From Naegleria gruberi (lineage: Eukaryota), in the NCBI GenBank assembly GCA_000004985.1, contig GG739135.1: 7,495 bases of DNA. The stretch is one strand, 5' to 3'. How positions within the stretch are numbered: position 1 is the first letter of the stretch; each line of letters begins with the position of its first letter. The notes under the pieces are model-generated. The model saw nothing but the letters and a program-made list of their open reading frames with translations, was not told the origin of the DNA and made no database searches. Both the position numbers and the translations under genes were made by a program. This document shows positions 1-7,495 of the stretch, piece by piece.

Positions 1-30
1 AATTGGTTATCTCCCTATATATATGATAGA

Positions 31-50
31 TTTCAATTATTTCAATTACA
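31..50. repeat. Tandem duplication of ~10-bp AT-rich unit 'tttcaattat / ttcaattaca'
   Basis: Directly visible. The same 9-mer 'tttcaatta' recurs at 189..197 and 1122..1130 on the same strand. Confidence 0.6.
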
Positions 51-893
51 TATCATAAAACATGATAATTAGACATGTATCAATTAGTGGAATTAAGTCA
101 TATAAGATATTCACCCTTCAATAACCGATATTGTCATTTTCACACAAGTAGACTTACTACAGTCTGAATATGGATCCAATAATAATTATTTCAATTATAT
201 ATGATTATATTTGATATTTACTACAATATAAACAAGTTTAATAAATTGGTATAGTGTTTCCATAGTATGGCTCAATATCTTGGTCAATTAAGGTAGAATG
301 AGTACATTATAATAAGGATATTATATATTATACTTCCAACACTTCTACAAGGTAGATATCATCATTATACATCATATATATGAGATTGGTGATGATTCTA
401 ATAACATTCGTGTTATAGTACAGTAAATGTTGAAAAGTTAGTTTTAAGACAAGTTGTAATTTATTTAATACACTGATTCAATATGATTAATTGATAATAT
501 CATCTATTCATCTATATATCTACAATATATAAAAAGTTACATTCCAACCCAACTTTGAAATTTTAGACCTACTAGGGTAAAAACCTTAATATTTTAGGCA
601 ATGCCTTATAACTTTTTGGCCTCCAACTATGTTTTAATTTTTACACCGGATTTAGTCAACTCATATATTGATCTATTGATTATGTGTAGTTGGTATTTCA
701 GATATTCCTAGTTATTGAGATATGCGAAGAAAACCTAACTTTTTTTTCATCGAGTACCTATTATCTCTAGAACCACTTTGAGTTTTTATTAGCATATAAC
801 AGTTTGTCGATGAAATTGTACGCTGATTAACATATATAAGATCCAAGTTTTAAATATTGGCCATTAATAAAATGGTAATGGGTTTTCGCCATA

Positions 894-912
894 CCCAAAC
901 CCAAACCCAACC
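894..912. repeat. Short telomere-like microsatellite (CCCAAA)2-CCCAA-CC, i.e. (TTTGGG)n on the minus strand
   Basis: Plus strand 'cccaaacccaaacccaacc'. Preceded at 880..886 by the complementary 'gggtttt', which could pair with 'aaaccc' in a short hairpin. Confidence 0.8.
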
Positions 913-1130
913 ACTCTACATACCATGATATCAATTTCATAAATATTGGTTCAGTAGATGTCGAGTTGTCAACTCTATCATTTTACTATAGAACTTTGAC
1001 ATAAAATCAAAGCTTATGCTCCAACTCGCTCATTATACATACAATCAATCTAGAATTGATGCCACATAGAGTGTACATCCGTTAAATACAATATATATAG
1101 TTTGGAAACAATTCGTATTACTTTCAATTA

Positions 1131-1140
1131 GTCAGTCAGT
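1131..1140. repeat. (GTCA)2.5 micro-repeat 'gtcagtcagt'
   Basis: Directly visible. Flanked by 'caatta' and 'ttaatg' in an imperfect inverted arrangement. Confidence 0.5.
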
Positions 1141-1358
1141 TAATGTTCAATGTCAATAGTGCTTTTATCCAAGTGTACACTCCATATCAGTGAAAGTACG
1201 TCCAATCATCATGTAACTTTGCCAGATACATTTAATCACATTATTATACATATGGTATCAGTTTTAGTCTGTTAGAATTGAATTCAATATGATAATAATA
1301 ACAATCTGTCAAATTGTCACATTTCAATATATAGAATATACTCCATCTCATTTATTTT

Positions 1359-4300
1359 NNNNNNNNNNNNNNNNNNNNNNNNNNNNNNNNNNNNNNNNNN
1401 NNNNNNNNNNNNNNNNNNNNNNNNNNNNNNNNNNNNNNNNNNNNNNNNNNNNNNNNNNNNNNNNNNNNNNNNNNNNNNNNNNNNNNNNNNNNNNNNNNNN
1501 NNNNNNNNNNNNNNNNNNNNNNNNNNNNNNNNNNNNNNNNNNNNNNNNNNNNNNNNNNNNNNNNNNNNNNNNNNNNNNNNNNNNNNNNNNNNNNNNNNNN
1601 NNNNNNNNNNNNNNNNNNNNNNNNNNNNNNNNNNNNNNNNNNNNNNNNNNNNNNNNNNNNNNNNNNNNNNNNNNNNNNNNNNNNNNNNNNNNNNNNNNNN
1701 NNNNNNNNNNNNNNNNNNNNNNNNNNNNNNNNNNNNNNNNNNNNNNNNNNNNNNNNNNNNNNNNNNNNNNNNNNNNNNNNNNNNNNNNNNNNNNNNNNNN
1801 NNNNNNNNNNNNNNNNNNNNNNNNNNNNNNNNNNNNNNNNNNNNNNNNNNNNNNNNNNNNNNNNNNNNNNNNNNNNNNNNNNNNNNNNNNNNNNNNNNNN
1901 NNNNNNNNNNNNNNNNNNNNNNNNNNNNNNNNNNNNNNNNNNNNNNNNNNNNNNNNNNNNNNNNNNNNNNNNNNNNNNNNNNNNNNNNNNNNNNNNNNNN
2001 NNNNNNNNNNNNNNNNNNNNNNNNNNNNNNNNNNNNNNNNNNNNNNNNNNNNNNNNNNNNNNNNNNNNNNNNNNNNNNNNNNNNNNNNNNNNNNNNNNNN
2101 NNNNNNNNNNNNNNNNNNNNNNNNNNNNNNNNNNNNNNNNNNNNNNNNNNNNNNNNNNNNNNNNNNNNNNNNNNNNNNNNNNNNNNNNNNNNNNNNNNNN
2201 NNNNNNNNNNNNNNNNNNNNNNNNNNNNNNNNNNNNNNNNNNNNNNNNNNNNNNNNNNNNNNNNNNNNNNNNNNNNNNNNNNNNNNNNNNNNNNNNNNNN
2301 NNNNNNNNNNNNNNNNNNNNNNNNNNNNNNNNNNNNNNNNNNNNNNNNNNNNNNNNNNNNNNNNNNNNNNNNNNNNNNNNNNNNNNNNNNNNNNNNNNNN
2401 NNNNNNNNNNNNNNNNNNNNNNNNNNNNNNNNNNNNNNNNNNNNNNNNNNNNNNNNNNNNNNNNNNNNNNNNNNNNNNNNNNNNNNNNNNNNNNNNNNNN
2501 NNNNNNNNNNNNNNNNNNNNNNNNNNNNNNNNNNNNNNNNNNNNNNNNNNNNNNNNNNNNNNNNNNNNNNNNNNNNNNNNNNNNNNNNNNNNNNNNNNNN
2601 NNNNNNNNNNNNNNNNNNNNNNNNNNNNNNNNNNNNNNNNNNNNNNNNNNNNNNNNNNNNNNNNNNNNNNNNNNNNNNNNNNNNNNNNNNNNNNNNNNNN
2701 NNNNNNNNNNNNNNNNNNNNNNNNNNNNNNNNNNNNNNNNNNNNNNNNNNNNNNNNNNNNNNNNNNNNNNNNNNNNNNNNNNNNNNNNNNNNNNNNNNNN
2801 NNNNNNNNNNNNNNNNNNNNNNNNNNNNNNNNNNNNNNNNNNNNNNNNNNNNNNNNNNNNNNNNNNNNNNNNNNNNNNNNNNNNNNNNNNNNNNNNNNNN
2901 NNNNNNNNNNNNNNNNNNNNNNNNNNNNNNNNNNNNNNNNNNNNNNNNNNNNNNNNNNNNNNNNNNNNNNNNNNNNNNNNNNNNNNNNNNNNNNNNNNNN
3001 NNNNNNNNNNNNNNNNNNNNNNNNNNNNNNNNNNNNNNNNNNNNNNNNNNNNNNNNNNNNNNNNNNNNNNNNNNNNNNNNNNNNNNNNNNNNNNNNNNNN
3101 NNNNNNNNNNNNNNNNNNNNNNNNNNNNNNNNNNNNNNNNNNNNNNNNNNNNNNNNNNNNNNNNNNNNNNNNNNNNNNNNNNNNNNNNNNNNNNNNNNNN
3201 NNNNNNNNNNNNNNNNNNNNNNNNNNNNNNNNNNNNNNNNNNNNNNNNNNNNNNNNNNNNNNNNNNNNNNNNNNNNNNNNNNNNNNNNNNNNNNNNNNNN
3301 NNNNNNNNNNNNNNNNNNNNNNNNNNNNNNNNNNNNNNNNNNNNNNNNNNNNNNNNNNNNNNNNNNNNNNNNNNNNNNNNNNNNNNNNNNNNNNNNNNNN
3401 NNNNNNNNNNNNNNNNNNNNNNNNNNNNNNNNNNNNNNNNNNNNNNNNNNNNNNNNNNNNNNNNNNNNNNNNNNNNNNNNNNNNNNNNNNNNNNNNNNNN
3501 NNNNNNNNNNNNNNNNNNNNNNNNNNNNNNNNNNNNNNNNNNNNNNNNNNNNNNNNNNNNNNNNNNNNNNNNNNNNNNNNNNNNNNNNNNNNNNNNNNNN
3601 NNNNNNNNNNNNNNNNNNNNNNNNNNNNNNNNNNNNNNNNNNNNNNNNNNNNNNNNNNNNNNNNNNNNNNNNNNNNNNNNNNNNNNNNNNNNNNNNNNNN
3701 NNNNNNNNNNNNNNNNNNNNNNNNNNNNNNNNNNNNNNNNNNNNNNNNNNNNNNNNNNNNNNNNNNNNNNNNNNNNNNNNNNNNNNNNNNNNNNNNNNNN
3801 NNNNNNNNNNNNNNNNNNNNNNNNNNNNNNNNNNNNNNNNNNNNNNNNNNNNNNNNNNNNNNNNNNNNNNNNNNNNNNNNNNNNNNNNNNNNNNNNNNNN
3901 NNNNNNNNNNNNNNNNNNNNNNNNNNNNNNNNNNNNNNNNNNNNNNNNNNNNNNNNNNNNNNNNNNNNNNNNNNNNNNNNNNNNNNNNNNNNNNNNNNNN
4001 NNNNNNNNNNNNNNNNNNNNNNNNNNNNNNNNNNNNNNNNNNNNNNNNNNNNNNNNNNNNNNNNNNNNNNNNNNNNNNNNNNNNNNNNNNNNNNNNNNNN
4101 NNNNNNNNNNNNNNNNNNNNNNNNNNNNNNNNNNNNNNNNNNNNNNNNNNNNNNNNNNNNNNNNNNNNNNNNNNNNNNNNNNNNNNNNNNNNNNNNNNNN
4201 NNNNNNNNNNNNNNNNNNNNNNNNNNNNNNNNNNNNNNNNNNNNNNNNNNNNNNNNNNNNNNNNNNNNNNNNNNNNNNNNNNNNNNNNNNNNNNNNNNNN

Positions 4301-6619
4301 NNNNNNNNNNNNNNNNNNNNNNNNNNNNNNNNNNNNNNNNNNNNNNNNNNNNNNNNNNNNNNNNNNNNNNNNNNNNNNNNNNNNNNNNNNNNNNNNNNNN
4401 NNNNNNNNNNNNNNNNNNNNNNNNNNNNNNNNNNNNNNNNNNNNNNNNNNNNNNNNNNNNNNNNNNNNNNNNNNNNNNNNNNNNNNNNNNNNNNNNNNNN
4501 NNNNNNNNNNNNNNNNNNNNNNNNNNNNNNNNNNNNNNNNNNNNNNNNNNNNNNNNNNNNNNNNNNNNNNNNNNNNNNNNNNNNNNNNNNNNNNNNNNNN
4601 NNNNNNNNNNNNNNNNNNNNNNNNNNNNNNNNNNNNNNNNNNNNNNNNNNNNNNNNNNNNNNNNNNNNNNNNNNNNNNNNNNNNNNNNNNNNNNNNNNNN
4701 NNNNNNNNNNNNNNNNNNNNNNNNNNNNNNNNNNNNNNNNNNNNNNNNNNNNNNNNNNNNNNNNNNNNNNNNNNNNNNNNNNNNNNNNNNNNNNNNNNNN
4801 NNNNNNNNNNNNNNNNNNNNNNNNNNNNNNNNNNNNNNNNNNNNNNNNNNNNNNNNNNNNNNNNNNNNNNNNNNNNNNNNNNNNNNNNNNNNNNNNNNNN
4901 NNNNNNNNNNNNNNNNNNNNNNNNNNNNNNNNNNNNNNNNNNNNNNNNNNNNNNNNNNNNNNNNNNNNNNNNNNNNNNNNNNNNNNNNNNNNNNNNNNNN
5001 NNNNNNNNNNNNNNNNNNNNNNNNNNNNNNNNNNNNNNNNNNNNNNNNNNNNNNNNNNNNNNNNNNNNNNNNNNNNNNNNNNNNNNNNNNNNNNNNNNNN
5101 NNNNNNNNNNNNNNNNNNNNNNNNNNNNNNNNNNNNNNNNNNNNNNNNNNNNNNNNNNNNNNNNNNNNNNNNNNNNNNNNNNNNNNNNNNNNNNNNNNNN
5201 NNNNNNNNNNNNNNNNNNNNNNNNNNNNNNNNNNNNNNNNNNNNNNNNNNNNNNNNNNNNNNNNNNNNNNNNNNNNNNNNNNNNNNNNNNNNNNNNNNNN
5301 NNNNNNNNNNNNNNNNNNNNNNNNNNNNNNNNNNNNNNNNNNNNNNNNNNNNNNNNNNNNNNNNNNNNNNNNNNNNNNNNNNNNNNNNNNNNNNNNNNNN
5401 NNNNNNNNNNNNNNNNNNNNNNNNNNNNNNNNNNNNNNNNNNNNNNNNNNNNNNNNNNNNNNNNNNNNNNNNNNNNNNNNNNNNNNNNNNNNNNNNNNNN
5501 NNNNNNNNNNNNNNNNNNNNNNNNNNNNNNNNNNNNNNNNNNNNNNNNNNNNNNNNNNNNNNNNNNNNNNNNNNNNNNNNNNNNNNNNNNNNNNNNNNNN
5601 NNNNNNNNNNNNNNNNNNNNNNNNNNNNNNNNNNNNNNNNNNNNNNNNNNNNNNNNNNNNNNNNNNNNNNNNNNNNNNNNNNNNNNNNNNNNNNNNNNNN
5701 NNNNNNNNNNNNNNNNNNNNNNNNNNNNNNNNNNNNNNNNNNNNNNNNNNNNNNNNNNNNNNNNNNNNNNNNNNNNNNNNNNNNNNNNNNNNNNNNNNNN
5801 NNNNNNNNNNNNNNNNNNNNNNNNNNNNNNNNNNNNNNNNNNNNNNNNNNNNNNNNNNNNNNNNNNNNNNNNNNNNNNNNNNNNNNNNNNNNNNNNNNNN
5901 NNNNNNNNNNNNNNNNNNNNNNNNNNNNNNNNNNNNNNNNNNNNNNNNNNNNNNNNNNNNNNNNNNNNNNNNNNNNNNNNNNNNNNNNNNNNNNNNNNNN
6001 NNNNNNNNNNNNNNNNNNNNNNNNNNNNNNNNNNNNNNNNNNNNNNNNNNNNNNNNNNNNNNNNNNNNNNNNNNNNNNNNNNNNNNNNNNNNNNNNNNNN
6101 NNNNNNNNNNNNNNNNNNNNNNNNNNNNNNNNNNNNNNNNNNNNNNNNNNNNNNNNNNNNNNNNNNNNNNNNNNNNNNNNNNNNNNNNNNNNNNNNNNNN
6201 NNNNNNNNNNNNNNNNNNNNNNNNNNNNNNNNNNNNNNNNNNNNNNNNNNNNNNNNNNNNNNNNNNNNNNNNNNNNNNNNNNNNNNNNNNNNNNNNNNNN
6301 NNNNNNNNNNNNNNNNNNNNNNNNNNNNNNNNNNNNNNNNNNNNNNNNNNNNNNNNNNNNNNNNNNNNNNNNNNNNNNNNNNNNNNNNNNNNNNNNNNNN
6401 NNNNNNNNNNNNNNNNNNNNNNNNNNNNNNNNNNNNNNNNNNNNNNNNNNNNNNNNNNNNNNNNNNNNNNNNNNNNNNNNNNNNNNNNNNNNNNNNNNNN
6501 NNNNNNNNNNNNNNNNNNNNNNNNNNNNNNNNNNNNNNNNNNNNNNNNNNNNNNNNNNNNNNNNNNNNNNNNNNNNNNNNNNNNNNNNNNNNNNNNNNNN
6601 NNNNNNNNNNNNNNNNNNN
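1359..6619. other. Assembly/scaffold gap: uninterrupted run of 5,261 N
   Basis: Directly visible: every base from 1359 to 6619 is 'n'. The non-round length suggests a size-estimated scaffold gap rather than an arbitrary placeholder. Confidence 0.99.
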
Positions 6620-7484
6620 AAGTGCATTCGTTTCCAAAATAGTTAGCATTACAAACACAAGTATCAACTGCAGTACAAGTACCTTGATTGTTACAAGCGT
6701 TGGAGGTTTTTCCATAACACTTTGGTGAGCCACATTCATTTCCAAAATAATTGGTGGTACATTGACAAGTATCAGGAGCACTACAAGTTCCTTGAGTTGG
6801 TCCTCCACAGGCAGCATCTCCTACTTTAGAATAACAAATAGGATCACATGTTTTTCCATCAGAAGATAATTGATAACCACTATCACAATATGGATAAATT
6901 TTCTTGATATTTCCATTAGGTGAACTTCTGGCTTCAGTGATGTAAATTTCATTCTTGTTGGTGACGTAAATACCTGAGATGGAGCTTGATAATTTGCAAC
7001 TTGTTGCCTCAATATCATTCGCACAACCAGAAGATCCACCTCCAGCAATATCTGTAAGAGTTGTTCCATCATACTTCTTAATTTTAGGAGTTGTACTATC
7101 AGCATCTACAATGAACAGTTCATTAGATCTCCAAAATAATCCTTGAGGATTACTCAATCCAGTTACATAATTACTTTTCGTATTTGGTAAAGTAAGTTTT
7201 ATGACTTTGCTGGATCCATCTGCGAAATAATATTCTCCAGCTGTCGAAACTGTGATACCAGAAACAGTATTTGTCGAAGCACTGACAGGTGTTACGGTTG
7301 ATGGAGATGATAAGCTGAAATAACGAACACTATAATCTTCAGGATCAGTGAATAGCACTCTACTGTTTACACTATCTAATGTTATAAATGTTGGACTGTA
7401 GGAATTACTGGTTAATGTGTTAATATTATTATTTCCAAGATCGGCCAGTCTTATTTTATGTAAGCCTTCGTCACTAATGTACAT
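6620..7484 (-). CDS. Partial CDS (3' end lost in gap; 5' end probably also incomplete): NHL-like beta-propeller repeats followed by tandem EGF-like (tenascin-type) cysteine-rich modules; likely secreted/surface repeat protein
   Basis: Continuous minus-strand frame of 288 codons from ATG (7484..7482) to the gap edge, with no stops. Codon usage is coherent and A/T-biased at third positions (Gln always CAA, Arg AGA, Leu TTA, Gly GGA/GGT). Recognisable protein motifs: NHL-type blades ('LSNPQGLFWRSNELFIVDADSTTPKIKKYD', 'ISGIYVTNKNEIYITEARSSPNGNIKKIY', 'MYISDEGLHKIRL'), then EGF-like six-cysteine modules with C-x-C and 'NYFGNEC'. Domain calls are by-eye pattern matching, not HMM searches. Confidence 0.75.
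6624..6836 (-). repeat. Tandem intragenic repeat: two EGF-like module copies similar at nucleotide level
   Basis: Minus-strand 'gatacttgtcaatgtaccaccaattattttggaaatgaatgt' versus 'gatacttgtgtttgtaatgctaactattttggaaacgaatgc'. The blocks 'gatacttgt' and 'tattttggaaa' are identical. Confidence 0.6.
6624..6887 (-). other. EGF-like module region: a 2-Cys 'CDSGYQLSSDGKTC' element, then two complete tandem EGF-like modules (aa 217-251 at nt 6732..6836; aa 256-287 at nt 6624..6719)
   Basis: Cysteine spacing C-x8-C-x7-C-x5-C-x-C-x8-C and C-x7-C-x5-C-x5-C-x-C-x8-C. Both modules end 'C[QV]C..NYFGNEC'. The array reaches the gap boundary. Confidence 0.65.
6888..7484 (-). other. Region encoding about 5 NHL-like six-bladed beta-propeller repeats (aa 1-199 of the visible ORF), including a Ser/Thr-rich insert (aa ~57-83: 'SLSSPSTVTPVSASTNTVSGITVSTAG')
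   Basis: Repeated pattern [LF]xxPxG[LI]..x..[LI][FY][IV][DT][AE].....[KN]I[KR]K[IY] recurring at ~30-40 aa spacing. The first visible blade begins mid-repeat at the Met. Confidence 0.55.
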
Positions 7485-7495
7485 TTAGTTGTTGG

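Noticed and set aside
940-1030. Looked for tRNA-like features (T-loop 'GTTCGAATC/GTTCAAATC', cloverleaf stems) around 'ggttcagtagatgtcgagttgtcaactc'
   Set aside because: There is no GTTC(G/A)A(A/T)TC box with a matching acceptor stem. It only superficially resembles 'GGTTC'.
1277-1288. Perfect 12-bp palindrome 'attgaattcaat' (central EcoRI site)
   Set aside because: A 12-bp palindrome is expected roughly once by chance in ~1.3 kb of DNA this AT-rich. There is no flanking structure suggesting a transposon terminal inverted repeat or an operator.
1317-1358. Minus-strand 'KINEMEYILYIEM*' continuation, i.e. a possible 3' end of the EGF gene on the far side of the gap
   Set aside because: Frame continuity across an N-run of estimated length is meaningless. 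The 13 codons are AT-rich with no motif, and nothing links them to the gene.
1-1358. Possible coding exons under a ciliate code (TAA/TAG sense)
   Set aside because: TGA is frequent in all six frames across the block (checked on several stretches), so no long TGA-free frame is apparent. The composition is also non-coding-like.
1348-6627. 1,759-aa minus-strand ORF
   Set aside because: It has only 2 real residues at each end. It is entirely an N-run artefact.
1289-6646. 1,785-aa plus-strand ORF in the supplied track
   Set aside because: It consists of 'MIIITICQIVTFQYIEYTPSHLF', then about 1,750 X from translated Ns, then 8 residues. Its length is purely an artefact of the N-run. The terminal 'KCIRFQNS' is just the antisense of the real minus-strand gene.
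1352-6817. 1,821-aa minus-strand ORF with a 66-aa real N-terminal segment ('MLPVEDQLKELVVLLILV…')
   Set aside because: The real part is an out-of-frame read of 6620..6817. This stretch is already explained by the EGF-module frame, which has coherent codon usage and domain structure. The hydrophobic Leu/Val-rich peptide is typical of an off-frame translation of a Cys/Asn-rich coding sequence.
6821-7105. 94-aa minus-strand ORF
   Set aside because: It is an alternative frame nested entirely within the 288-codon propeller/EGF frame. It has no recognisable motifs and is Leu/Ile/Val-rich, as expected for an off-frame read of AT-rich coding DNA.

Overview
About 70% of this window (1359..6619, 5,261 nt) is a run of N, an assembly or scaffold gap. 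Only two stretches of real sequence can be read.

(i) 1..1358 is AT-rich (roughly three-quarters A+T by eye) and apparently non-coding. The six-frame track gives no ORF there. TGA, TAA and TAG occur densely in all frames on the stretches I checked. It contains only short simple repeats: a (CCCAAA)n telomere-like tract, a duplicated 'tttcaatta' motif and a (GTCA) run.

(ii) 6620..7495 carries one continuous minus-strand open frame. The apparent ATG is at 7484..7482 and the frame runs into the gap at 6620, so 288 codons are visible. Read by eye, it encodes about five NHL-like beta-propeller blades ('LSNPQGLFWRSNELFIVDADSTTPKIKKYD', 'ISGIYVTNKNEIYITEARSSPNGNIKKIY', 'MYISDEGLHKIRL'). These are followed by a 2-Cys 'CxxGYxLxxDGxxC' element and two complete, near-identical tandem EGF-like modules (C-x8-C-x7-C-x5-C-x-C-x8-C with 'NYFGNEC' tails). 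The module array runs straight into the N-run. This looks like a large secreted or surface cysteine-rich repeat protein, and the gap most plausibly reflects assembly failure inside a tandem EGF-module array.

The annotated Met sits inside a propeller blade, with an in-frame TAA directly upstream and no signal peptide. The true 5' end is therefore probably not in this window. The alternatives are an unseen upstream exon or a ciliate-type code with TAA=Gln.

The three very long ORFs in the track (1289..6646 +, 1348..6627 -, 1352..6817 -) are artefacts of translating N as X.

The source is an AT-rich eukaryote (protist-like composition and codon usage); the taxon cannot be fixed from sequence alone. 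I see no sequence support for any multi-gene 'system'. If one exists it lies in the unreadable gap.
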